DNA of 64,000 nt from Candidatus Nomurabacteria bacterium (lineage in GTDB: Bacteria; Patescibacteriota; Minisyncoccia; Phycocordibacterales; UBA9973), in assembly GCA_023267215.1 (NCBI GenBank), contig JAHFNS010000001.1, positions 239,507 through 303,506 of the forward strand, given 5' to 3'. Under the pieces are notes generated by a model. It searched no databases. It was not told the origin of the DNA and saw only the letters and a program-made list of their open reading frames with translations. Positions 50,773 to 60,024 of the stretch are shown piece after piece. The number at the start of each line of letters is the position of its first letter. Position 1 is the stretch's first letter. The position numbers and the translations under genes were made by a program.

Positions 50773-51498
50773 TTATTTATTTTTTATTGCTTGTCCGATA
50801 TGCCACACCAATCGTTCGTATGACCAGCGATCTAACGCTCTCTGTCCACTTAGCATTGATGAGAAAAAGATGGGTATCTTTTTACTTCCTCTTGTAAACC
50901 AATGGAAGCCTCTACTCTCATCCCATAATAAATCATTCTTAATATGTTCCCGTAGTAGTTCAGAAGCAAATGCATTTCCAACTATTATGCATCGTGGGTC
51001 AACCTCAACAAGAATTTCTTCAAAAAGAACAATTTGGTCTAAAGCAAACTGATTTAATTTTTTACCATCTCTTATGCGTTCCATAAAATCTTTCTGGGAA
51101 GTTTCTTTGTATAAAAATAAATCTATGTGTTGCCAATCGACTCCGAGTTTCTTTGATATCTCAATTGGACGACCAAAATAGAGTGGATATTTTGCTTGTG
51201 CATAATTCTCTATTTTAATACAGTCATCAACTAGATTTAGGTTTAAAGATATATTACTCCACTTGAAGAAAACAGTAGGATCAAGATAAGTATATTCTGT
51301 ATCCTTCAAAATTGACTTGAACCCACGTGCACTAAAAGATGGGTTCATTCCGACAAAAAGAAGCGAGTCTTTCTTAAAATCCTCGTAAAAAAGTGGTGAA
51401 TACACGTCAGGATTATTTTTGAAATATTTATTCCACAGTTCTATTATTTTTTGATTGATTTTCTGATTTTTCATAAACTTGTTTATGCTATTAACCAA
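50773..51498 (-). CDS. Hypothetical protein with possible uracil-DNA-glycosylase-superfamily (MUG/TDG-like) fold
   Basis: LLFVGMNPSFSARGF resembles the MUG/TDG motif VFCGINPGLSSAG. C-terminal FFSSMLSGQRAL could be the second UDG motif. Overlaps the hamB-like stop by 8 bp. Confidence 0.3.
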   Translation of the reverse strand: MVNSINKFMKNQKINQKIIELWNKYFKNNPDVYSPLFYEDFKKDSLLFVGMNPSFSARGFKSILKDTEYTYLDPTVFFKWSNISLNLNLVDDCIKIENYAQAKYPLYFGRPIEISKKLGVDWQHIDLFLYKETSQKDFMERIRDGKKLNQFALDQIVLFEEILVEVDPRCIIVGNAFASELLREHIKNDLLWDESRGFHWFTRGSKKIPIFFSSMLSGQRALDRWSYERLVWHIGQAIKNK

Positions 51499-54079
51499 AG
51501 ATTTCTAATACTTCTTCGTAGTGTTCATTTTTCTTATCAATCACTTTCAGTAATTCTGTCTCTTTAACATCAAGCAATTCTCCAGTATCACTAAATGTAA
51601 GGAGATCACTATGTTCACTGATAAGGTATCTGGAAGCCCCACGAGAAAAACCAATATTTTGAAGTTCAATTACACGTTTGTCAGTCGTTCCATACTCAAT
51701 AAATTCTGACCAATCTTGGCCTGCATTTTCTTCACCCAAAACATATCTAGAAAGCAGGTAATAATTTAAGAAATATTTTTCAATTTTAAATCTCAAGCCA
51801 TTTTCAATATCACTCATTATTTGCTCAATAATAATATTAATTTGTTTCTGGTCACCAGTAAACTTTTCATTTATTGGGCGTCCATCTTCGTAGAACCAAA
51901 TATCTCCTTTTTCTTGATGATACTTCAAAGAAAAAGTTATTAACCTACTGATGGGTTCAGCTTTCGTCCAGTTTCTTATAAGCATAGCCCAATATCTTAA
52001 ACGAGACATACCATGACCTACTCCCACTAATCCTTTTGGAATTAATGGATCTCTTCCCCCTGATTCTTCAACGCCCCAGTTGTACATTTCATACAAAGTC
52101 TCAAGTGCGTGAACAATCACATCAATATTTTCATTATTTATAGTTAGCACTGCTTGCTGTTGATTTTTCTGAATGTATACAAGAACTTTATTTTGATAGA
52201 TAGGTTTTATTGTTGAAGAAGATCTAAGAATATCACTTGGGACATTATTATTTTTCTTAGTTTTTTCTAAGAGTTCAAAGGCTTGAGTATTCTTTTCAAA
52301 AAAGCCAGCTTTGAGAACCGAACCATCATTCTCAATATGGTGCAATAACATGATGGTAGAGTAATGGGTTAAATTTTCTTTTTCACCAACACGCAAACTA
52401 GTAGATAAATCTTCATTCAGTAAAGCCTTACCAATATTGATAAATTCTTTTTTCCTTCGTTTTTCTTTGTTTATCAAAAAACTATCAACTTTTTCTAAGT
52501 CTGTTTTCTTAAGCAGATCAGCACCTTCCTTCCATCGTCTGTCTTCGTCTCGAACACAAATAACATTACCAGAAACTTCTTTCATAAGACGACCAGCACG
52601 ACCAATTAAATTTTCAAAATCGATTTTTTCAAATGTATGTGACCCATGACCATCATTAAAGACAAATATGTTCTTCGCTGGAAGATTTATGCCTTCCAAT
52701 AATGTTGAGGTGCAAAAAACATACCTAAGTGACGAATCCTTGTCAGCAAAGAAATCTTCAATTTTACGTCTAACTGGTTGGGGCATTTTCCCATGGTGAA
52801 ATGCCACACCTTTTCTGAGACATTCAATAAGGTAATAATCTTTGTGGACATAATCAGCAATAAAAACAATTAGGTCACGAAGTTCTTGGGTATCTGGAAC
52901 TTTCTGTAGGGTTAAGGCAAATTCTTTCGCCCTTCGTACCGTCTCAGAAATTCCATTACAATAGATAATGTTATTAACATCCTTGCCTAGATTTTCAATT
53001 AACTTGTTTGAGCTAAGATTAAACTGAAAATTATCCAATTCATGTTTATCACCAAGATCAGAAAATAATGTGGCATGTTTTTCTTTAAAATCAACAAAGT
53101 ATCTATTCTGAGCAACTGTCTGTTCTGTAATAGCAAGCGAACCCTTTTCGTCCTTCTCAAACAATTTCAAGAAAATATCTGGGTTGGGTATATTAGGTGA
53201 TGCAAAAACTAATTTTGTGGCAAACCTTCGTGTAGTTTCATATATCGCATGATAGTAAAGAGAGCTACGAGAATCATTTTCGGCAATTACTTTCTGAGCC
53301 TCATCCACAAACAAATATTTTATAGTAAGACTATTGGTACTTACATAACTTAGTAATCTTTCAGGTGTAAAAACAAATACGTGGTGCTTGTATCGTTTCT
53401 GGGCATATGAGGACAACACTGGATGAGAAGCAATGTTAACTTCGCTGTCATCAATTTCATTTCTTAATTCAGCAACAACCTGACCAATCAACGCTCTAGT
53501 TGGAACAAGAATTACAACAGCCCCATTAGATATTTGATTTTGTTGCAATAGGTGCCTGATATAATCTTTCATAATAAAAGATTTTCCAATTGATGTTGGA
53601 CCAGAAAAACTAAAGTAATCGAACAAATCTAATTCTTTTCTAATTTGATATTGGGCATCCGTAAAAACATATTTACCATTAGATGTTTTCTGATTTTCAG
53701 ACTTCACTTGTTTTTCTATATCCCTTTCTAGTGGAAGCGTACTAATATATTCGTGGTTATCTCGGAGAAACTGCAATGCAGGAAAATTTCCTAATTTTGA
53801 AAGAATCGCACTTGCAAACAAATTGAAGCCCTCGGTGTGTCCGAAAACTTTAACCAAAAGAGCAATAATCTTGTATGCCAAATTTCTTGCATTTGAATCA
53901 GTTGAATGAGATAGTATGTCTGCAAATCTCATTAAATCCTTAAACTCTTTTTCGGATATTGATTCTTTCGTTGCAAGACTGAAACAATCACAAGCTGAAA
54001 TCACTTCTGCTTTCTGAAAAAGACTCAGAAAATAATCATCCTTCAATATGTCGTTTTTCAGAGTTTCAGCAATGGTCAT
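51491..54079 (-). CDS. hamB: Superfamily-2 helicase, Hachiman HamB-like
   Basis: 862 aa. Walker A GPTSIGKS, motif II FVDEAQKV, motif VI GRAGR. Start overlaps the upstream DUF1837-like gene by 4 bp. Confidence 0.55.
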   Translation of the reverse strand: MTIAETLKNDILKDDYFLSLFQKAEVISACDCFSLATKESISEKEFKDLMRFADILSHSTDSNARNLAYKIIALLVKVFGHTEGFNLFASAILSKLGNFPALQFLRDNHEYISTLPLERDIEKQVKSENQKTSNGKYVFTDAQYQIRKELDLFDYFSFSGPTSIGKSFIMKDYIRHLLQQNQISNGAVVILVPTRALIGQVVAELRNEIDDSEVNIASHPVLSSYAQKRYKHHVFVFTPERLLSYVSTNSLTIKYLFVDEAQKVIAENDSRSSLYYHAIYETTRRFATKLVFASPNIPNPDIFLKLFEKDEKGSLAITEQTVAQNRYFVDFKEKHATLFSDLGDKHELDNFQFNLSSNKLIENLGKDVNNIIYCNGISETVRRAKEFALTLQKVPDTQELRDLIVFIADYVHKDYYLIECLRKGVAFHHGKMPQPVRRKIEDFFADKDSSLRYVFCTSTLLEGINLPAKNIFVFNDGHGSHTFEKIDFENLIGRAGRLMKEVSGNVICVRDEDRRWKEGADLLKKTDLEKVDSFLINKEKRRKKEFINIGKALLNEDLSTSLRVGEKENLTHYSTIMLLHHIENDGSVLKAGFFEKNTQAFELLEKTKKNNNVPSDILRSSSTIKPIYQNKVLVYIQKNQQQAVLTINNENIDVIVHALETLYEMYNWGVEESGGRDPLIPKGLVGVGHGMSRLRYWAMLIRNWTKAEPISRLITFSLKYHQEKGDIWFYEDGRPINEKFTGDQKQINIIIEQIMSDIENGLRFKIEKYFLNYYLLSRYVLGEENAGQDWSEFIEYGTTDKRVIELQNIGFSRGASRYLISEHSDLLTFSDTGELLDVKETELLKVIDKKNEHYEEVLEIFG

Positions 54080-55005
54080 TGTATGTATTCAATTATTTTC
54101 TTTCTAGTAGAGTCTATACAAACATCGCCTTTCTTTATAAACGGTACGGCGTAGATATAAAAATGATAGCCAGATAAATTATAGGCTGTAATTTGTTCTT
54201 TTATATAGTCATATTTTTCCTCTACAGCTTTTTTAACTTCTTCTTTTATTTTCTTTTCAAAATCAGAGTCTGTTATATTTTGAAGATCCCAATCATTTAT
54301 ATCGATTTCAAATCCAACGAAAATACCAAAGGCATTCATTTTCGTAATTGTGGTATCGCGGGCAGATGGTTTAATAATCTTTTTCAAAAACTCAACTGTA
54401 GCTTCTGAATAAGATTCTTTCATGAGATTAGAATCAACGAGATTTAATTCACCACCGATACCCTCAGTTTCAACTTTCTTAATTGATTTAAAAGCATCAG
54501 CGATTGCCTTGCGGAAACTTGAACCTTTTTCAGTTGAATCACTGATCATTTTTGATTCTCCAAAAATTAGATGAAAATTTCCATCTCCTAAATCAAGTAA
54601 ATGAATTCCATCAGCTCCTTTTATATAATCATTACCAGCTGTTTTCAATTCCATTTTGGATAATATTTTTGGAGCATTCAAGTGTGTCTCTAAAAAACAA
54701 TACAGAAAAAGTTCTCCTCCTTCTCCGTCATTAACCTTAGAATTTCTAAAGGATTCCTGAACTCGCTTTATGTGTTCATGCATTTTACCTTCTTCAATTC
54801 CTTCAAATTTAGTACGAGAAAATACATAAGTAATCGCAGCGTTACCCAATTCTCGATTCATACTTTCATAATCGAAATGCCCACCGTCTATACGCAACAC
54901 ATACAAACTAACTTTAGTCTTCTGAGTTAATTCATGAGCATCAATCTCTGGTTTATAGAAGAGATCCAAAAATTGTTTTCCATTTTTTATACTTTGTTGC
55001 AACAT
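54076..55005 (-). CDS. hamA: DUF1837-like protein, Hachiman HamA-like
   Basis: 309 aa. GELFLYCFLE...APKILSKMELKT...DGIHLLD core recalls DUF1837. Placed 5' of, and overlapping, a large SF2 helicase gene, as in Hachiman. Confidence 0.5.
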   Translation of the reverse strand: MLQQSIKNGKQFLDLFYKPEIDAHELTQKTKVSLYVLRIDGGHFDYESMNRELGNAAITYVFSRTKFEGIEEGKMHEHIKRVQESFRNSKVNDGEGGELFLYCFLETHLNAPKILSKMELKTAGNDYIKGADGIHLLDLGDGNFHLIFGESKMISDSTEKGSSFRKAIADAFKSIKKVETEGIGGELNLVDSNLMKESYSEATVEFLKKIIKPSARDTTITKMNAFGIFVGFEIDINDWDLQNITDSDFEKKIKEEVKKAVEEKYDYIKEQITAYNLSGYHFYIYAVPFIKKGDVCIDSTRKKIIEYIQ

Positions 55006-55011
55006 ATAATT

Positions 55012-55353
55012 TTATTCTTTCCAACGTGTGACCACTTGTGGCACGTGCTGTAATTCTTTCCTGTAATGTGCTGGTTTAGCGTGAATATCTATTGGAAGTT
55101 TCCATAGCGGATCACGATCAGCAGAAACCTTTTCTAAAATGTTGTTTTTTGACAAGGCTCCTAAAATACCACCAATTGTTTTTCGGTATTCTGCCTCATC
55201 TTCAATAATCAAAAATTTCCTCATTGCTTTCGCAAAATCAGATGAGAAAAAAGGCTTATTTTTCTCATCATAAAGCTTGGTTAATACTACATAGAGCCCA
55301 ACCTGTTGTTTGGCGGAAAGCTCTTTTAAGTTCCTCTTTTGTCCTTTTTTCAT
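55012..55353 (-). CDS. Small hypothetical protein, possible winged-helix regulator
   Basis: Start set at MKKGQKRNLKEL. Divergent from the next gene across a 40-bp AT-rich region containing TATAGCATAGTACTCTATAGTATAAT. Confidence 0.3.
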   Translation of the reverse strand: MKKGQKRNLKELSAKQQVGLYVVLTKLYDEKNKPFFSSDFAKAMRKFLIIEDEAEYRKTIGGILGALSKNNILEKVSADRDPLWKLPIDIHAKPAHYRKELQHVPQVVTRWKE

Positions 55354-55393
55354 CGTCCTAGTATAGCATAGTACTCTATAGTATAATAACGAC

Positions 55394-55978
55394 ATGAAAG
55401 AAATGAAGAGCAAGTTTGTAAAAAGACTAAATGATCAAGAAATTATACTTCAATTTGGGCCTTTTCCTGTTACATCTCCAAATCCAAATGTTGAGTCATT
55501 CGAAGAATATCATTACCTTAGATCTCAAAAGCGGATTGTATATGAAAAGTATGAAACAGGTATACTTCCAAAAGATGTAACTCTTAGCACTCCAAATTTC
55601 AGACGGTTCATACAATCTCCCGACAAAGAAATAGCACTAAGAGATATTTCTTTTATTAAAGTAATTTTTGATTGCGATAAAAAGAAGAAAAAGTACAGTT
55701 TGACCATCATTGAATTTTTTGATTATAAAAAAATCAATTTGTCGTCAACTCCTATGAGAAAGATGATTGAAATTTTATGTAGCAAAGACGATTATGTAAA
55801 CACCAAAGAACTAGTGAGAAAAACCGGATTCAAAAATATAGATACTCTTAGAGCATCAAAACGGAGAATAAATGCTCAAATCAGAAAAAAATTTGGCACA
55901 AACAAGGACTTCTTAGAGGGAGATCAAGGAAACGGCTATCATATCTCGAAGTCTTTTCTTGTTTTAAAGAAATCATAG
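55394..55978 (+). CDS. Hypothetical protein, possible C-terminal HTH DNA-binding domain
   Basis: 194 aa. The C-terminal segment (KELVRKTGFKNIDTLRASKRRINAQIRKKFG) looks like an HTH. Confidence 0.3.
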   Translation: MKEMKSKFVKRLNDQEIILQFGPFPVTSPNPNVESFEEYHYLRSQKRIVYEKYETGILPKDVTLSTPNFRRFIQSPDKEIALRDISFIKVIFDCDKKKKKYSLTIIEFFDYKKINLSSTPMRKMIEILCSKDDYVNTKELVRKTGFKNIDTLRASKRRINAQIRKKFGTNKDFLEGDQGNGYHISKSFLVLKKS

Positions 55979-56004
55979 GTAGAACACTCAGTTATCCACA
56001 GCGT

Positions 56005-56030
56005 CTCAAAAGACGCTGTTTTTTGTTGCC
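56005..56030 (+). terminator. Rho-independent terminator
   Basis: ACAGCGTCTCAAAAGACGCTGTTTTTTG. Confidence 0.6.
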
Positions 56031-56147
56031 TTATACGCCAAATCAAATTTTTTATCAATAAAATATTCGTCCTGCTTTTTCTTGTAGTTTTGGGAAAATT
56101 AAGGTGGGTCGATACTAAAAAGTATTAGTAATTTAATAAAAAATATT

Positions 56148-57434
56148 ATGAAAAAACAAAAATTAGTGTGGCGTACGGAAAAGCGAAAAGTAAATTCGCT
56201 AATTCCTTATGACAAAAATCCGAGGAGTATAACTAAAACACAAGAAGACCAATTAGATTCAAGTGTCGTTACTTACGGTTATGTGGAGTTGGTTGCAATA
56301 AATACAGATGGAGTGATTATTGCCGGACACAAAAGAGTCGAATCTCTTAAACGTCTAGGTTGTGGCGAAGAAGAAATAGAAGTGAGAATTCCGTGTCGTA
56401 AATTATCGGAAAAAGAATTCAGAGCATATTTGCTCATTAGCAATCGCTCTGGAGGAACATTCGATTTTGATAAGTTGGCGGCTGATTTTGACATCGATGA
56501 ACTTCTAACAGCAGGATTTGATTCACTGGATTTAAGCAATATCTTTGATGACAACTTGGATGTTGTTGACGATGAATTTGACGAAGAAAAAGAAATTGAA
56601 AAAGCAAAAAATACTGATATTAAGATTGGGGATTATTTTGCCCTGGGTCGGCATAGACTACTTTGTGCAGATAGCACAGATCCAGAGAATGTTAGGAAGT
56701 TAATGAATGGAGTAAAAGCAGACATGGTCAATACAGATTTACCATATAATATTTCTTACTCATACGACAGCGGGTTGTCTAACAAAAAAGGAAAATATGG
56801 TGGACGAACCAACGACAGTAAGACTGATGAAGAGTACGATAAATTTGTAAAATCAGTTATGCGAAATGCATTGTCTGTCACTAAGCCCGATGCACATATA
56901 ATGTTCTGGTGCGATGAACGGTTTGTCTGGCTTTTTCAGAACGCATATAGAGAACTTGGCATTGATTCCAAACGACTACTCATCTGGATCAAGGACAATG
57001 CGACACCGACAGATAAAATAGCGTGGAATAAAGTAACAGAATATTGTGTTTATGGAACGATAGGTCATCCTTGGCTAAATAGCAAGATAAAAAATCTAAA
57101 TGAAATACAGAATAAAGAGGTTTCTACAGGGAATAGACTTACTGATGACATCCTAGATTTATTTAATATCTGGCTCGTAAAGAGATTGCCTGCATCTGAA
57201 TATTTACATCCCACTCAAAAAAATCCTACTCTTCACGAAAAAGCATTAAGAAGATGCACTCGCCCCGGAGATGTAGTTCTAGATCTTGCCTCGGGGTCAG
57301 GAAGTATTCTTTCATCATGTGAGCAAATGAAACGCACCGCATACATGTGTGATTGTGAAAATGTCTTTTGCCAAGTAATTATTAACCGCTTTAAACAACT
57401 TAATCCCAATGAAAAAATTATCAAACTCAATTAA
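56148..57434 (+). CDS. ParB-like nuclease domain fused to beta-class DNA N6-adenine/N4-cytosine methyltransferase
   Basis: N-terminal ParB/Srx block (IPYDKNPRS...VIIAGHKRVESLKRLG). Methyltransferase motif IV DLPYN, then motif I VLDLASGSGS. Confidence 0.8.
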   Translation: MKKQKLVWRTEKRKVNSLIPYDKNPRSITKTQEDQLDSSVVTYGYVELVAINTDGVIIAGHKRVESLKRLGCGEEEIEVRIPCRKLSEKEFRAYLLISNRSGGTFDFDKLAADFDIDELLTAGFDSLDLSNIFDDNLDVVDDEFDEEKEIEKAKNTDIKIGDYFALGRHRLLCADSTDPENVRKLMNGVKADMVNTDLPYNISYSYDSGLSNKKGKYGGRTNDSKTDEEYDKFVKSVMRNALSVTKPDAHIMFWCDERFVWLFQNAYRELGIDSKRLLIWIKDNATPTDKIAWNKVTEYCVYGTIGHPWLNSKIKNLNEIQNKEVSTGNRLTDDILDLFNIWLVKRLPASEYLHPTQKNPTLHEKALRRCTRPGDVVLDLASGSGSILSSCEQMKRTAYMCDCENVFCQVIINRFKQLNPNEKIIKLN

Positions 57435-58167
57435 ATACGGAGATGTTTTTCGCCTCGGAGATAATTTGCTTTTGTGTGCCGATTGCCGAGACAAAGAGCT
57501 GATTAAAAAATTAATCGGCGAGCATAAAATAAAAGCGGTAATAAGTGATCCTCCATACGGAGTAGCTGTGACTGAAAGTAAAGAAAACTTTCAAACACTC
57601 TCAAAGAACAAAGTAATAGCCAATGATCACCTCCAAACAGATGAGGAGTATAAGAAGTTCACAATGGACTGGATTGAGCCTATTAAGCCCCACCTAGAGC
57701 GTAAAAACGTCTTCTATATCTTCAATGCAGATAAGATGATATTTGCTCTACGTGAAGGAATGCTTGAGGCAGGACTCAAATTTGCCCAGCTCTTAATATG
57801 GGTCAAAACTCACGCTGTTATAGGACGTATGGACTATGCTCCCCAACACGAGTTAATCGCTTACGGTTGGTATGGGGTGCATGAATTAGTAAAGGCAAAA
57901 GACAAAAGTGTGTTGGTGTGTCCCAAGCCGAACAAAAGTAAAATGCATCCGACCACCAAGCCAATGGAACTAATTCGTAGATTGGTTTTGAACAGCACTC
58001 GAATTGGAGATGTAGTATACGATCCCTATCTCGGTTCAGGGACAACACTTTTAACATGTCAGCAAACAAAACGAATTTGTATTGGAGTTGAAATAGATCC
58101 GGAATATTGTGCAACAACAATTTTTAGGTTCGAAAAATTAGCAGGTCTAACCGCTAAAAAATTATGA
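57409..58167 (+). CDS. Beta-class DNA methyltransferase (N6-adenine or N4-cytosine)
   Basis: Motif IV SDPPYG, then motif I VYDPYLGSGTT. Confidence 0.8.
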   Translation: MKKLSNSIKYGDVFRLGDNLLLCADCRDKELIKKLIGEHKIKAVISDPPYGVAVTESKENFQTLSKNKVIANDHLQTDEEYKKFTMDWIEPIKPHLERKNVFYIFNADKMIFALREGMLEAGLKFAQLLIWVKTHAVIGRMDYAPQHELIAYGWYGVHELVKAKDKSVLVCPKPNKSKMHPTTKPMELIRRLVLNSTRIGDVVYDPYLGSGTTLLTCQQTKRICIGVEIDPEYCATTIFRFEKLAGLTAKKL

Positions 58168-58598
58168 GCAGAAAAGACACAATTAAAATTAGGCAGAATA
58201 AATTAAAAGAAGCTTTTCTTGATCAGCTTAAAAGGACGCCGACGATAGAAACAGCGTGTCAGAAAGTTGGAGTATCTCGGGCAACTGTATATCGATGGAT
58301 CAAAGAAAGTAAAAAGTTTGAACAACAGGTCGATGAATCACTAATTGAAGGCAGAACCTTTATGTCCGACATTGCTGAAAACCAACTCTTCTCCCTAATT
58401 GGCGACAAAAAAATTGAAGCAATTAGATTGTATCTCTCAACGCATAATGCTCGCTACGGCAATAAGCTTGAATTATCTGGAAATCTATCAACAAAAAATA
58501 AACCAATACCGAAAGAAGACAGAAAAGATATTTTTAGAGCATTAAAAATGTCATCACTTAAAAATTATGAAAAAAAAGAAAAAGAAAAAAGAAAGTGA
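58164..58598 (+). CDS. Phage terminase small subunit-like HTH protein
   Basis: 144 aa. HTH (IETACQKVGVSRATVYRWIKE). Overlaps the methyltransferase stop, and overlaps the next (large terminase) gene. Confidence 0.5.
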   Translation: MSRKDTIKIRQNKLKEAFLDQLKRTPTIETACQKVGVSRATVYRWIKESKKFEQQVDESLIEGRTFMSDIAENQLFSLIGDKKIEAIRLYLSTHNARYGNKLELSGNLSTKNKPIPKEDRKDIFRALKMSSLKNYEKKEKEKRK

Positions 58599-60021
58599 AA
58601 AAGTATTTAAACGTATATTAAAGGATCAAAAATTTCGTCAGGAACTCGTTAAAAGAAGTTTAGAATTTTTCTTTCCAATATATCTCCACCAGTACATTAA
58701 ATACGATACGGCTCCTTTTCATAAGGAAATATTTAGTATTCTTCAAAATGAAAAGTATAAACTTGCTGTTATCGCCGCCTTCCGAGGTTCAGCCAAATCA
58801 ACCATAGTAACCACTGCCTATGTTCTGTGGTCAATCCTTGGTACACCACAGTGTAAATTTATCATCATCTGTTCGCAGACTGAAGTAAAATCTAGACAAC
58901 ACTTAAACAACATTAAAGATCAGCTTCTACAAAACGAATTACTCAAGAAAGATTTAGGGCCATTCGAAGAAGAGAGAAATAATCTAGGTAATGCTACAGC
59001 CCTCATTATCAAACGAATGAATGTGAAAATAATGATCTGTTCAGTTGAGCAGAGTATTCGCGGTATGCGTCATAACCAGTATCGCCCTGACCTCATTATT
59101 CTGGATGACATTGATGACTTGGACTCAGTTAAAACAAAAGAGGGTCGCAATAAAACCTTTGATTGGCTAACTGGCGATATCATTCCCGCAGGTACCAGCA
59201 AAACCCGTATTATCGCTATCGGTAACTTACTGCACGAAGATTGCGTATTGAAACGCTTAGAGAAAAAGATAGAGAATGGTGAACTGAAAAGAATGAATGG
59301 CATATACCGAGAATACCCAATTGTTGATAGTAAGGGTAACCCATTATGGCCCAGTAAATATCCAACCCTTGAGTCGATAGAAGAAGAGCATGAAAAAACT
59401 CTTGATGAAATTTCATGGCAACGAGAATTCATGCTGAAAATCATATCCAGCGATGAACAGATAGTAAAACCAGAATGGATTAAACTTTATGATGCTTTGC
59501 CTACAGGTAAACCACGTAATATATCTATTGGTATTGATTTGGCGATTAGTGAAAAAGATTCTGCAGATTATACCGCAATGGTTGTTGGGTATGTTTATGG
59601 ACTTGGAAAGAATATGAAAATATTCATAAAAAGAAATCCCATAAATACCAGAATTCCATTTCCCGTACAGGCAGAGTATGTAAAACAATTGGTTGCTACA
59701 GAAAAACTAGTATTCGAAAAAGTGAAGTTGTATATTGAAAATAACGGCTACCAAAAAGCACTGGTTCAAGTTCTGGATGCTCGGTTGTATGAGGTTGAAG
59801 GCGTACCGACAGGAAGAAACGATAAGGCTATGCGATTACGTATGACTACGTCCTTAATTAAAGAAGGGCGGGTATTGTTTGACAAAGAAGGATGCGAAGA
59901 ACTTCTTGATCAACTACTAGGATTCGGAAAAGAAAAACACGATGATTTAGTAGACGCTTTTTCTTTGATGGTAATTAAGGTGATTGAAAATAATCCCAAA
60001 AACGGATTTTTATTTGGATAA
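58567..60021 (+). CDS. Phage terminase large subunit
   Basis: 484 aa. ATPase Walker A-like AAFRGSAKST and Walker B LIILDDIDD. C-terminal RNase-H-like nuclease region (IGIDLAISEKDSADYTAMVVG). Confidence 0.7.
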   Translation: MKKKKKKKESEKVFKRILKDQKFRQELVKRSLEFFFPIYLHQYIKYDTAPFHKEIFSILQNEKYKLAVIAAFRGSAKSTIVTTAYVLWSILGTPQCKFIIICSQTEVKSRQHLNNIKDQLLQNELLKKDLGPFEEERNNLGNATALIIKRMNVKIMICSVEQSIRGMRHNQYRPDLIILDDIDDLDSVKTKEGRNKTFDWLTGDIIPAGTSKTRIIAIGNLLHEDCVLKRLEKKIENGELKRMNGIYREYPIVDSKGNPLWPSKYPTLESIEEEHEKTLDEISWQREFMLKIISSDEQIVKPEWIKLYDALPTGKPRNISIGIDLAISEKDSADYTAMVVGYVYGLGKNMKIFIKRNPINTRIPFPVQAEYVKQLVATEKLVFEKVKLYIENNGYQKALVQVLDARLYEVEGVPTGRNDKAMRLRMTTSLIKEGRVLFDKEGCEELLDQLLGFGKEKHDDLVDAFSLMVIKVIENNPKNGFLFG

Positions 60022-60024
60022 TAT

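Noticed and set aside
59070-59688. Minus-strand ORFs of 124, 66 and 91 aa inside the large terminase gene
   Set aside because: Antisense shadow ORFs within a well-supported terminase large-subunit gene.
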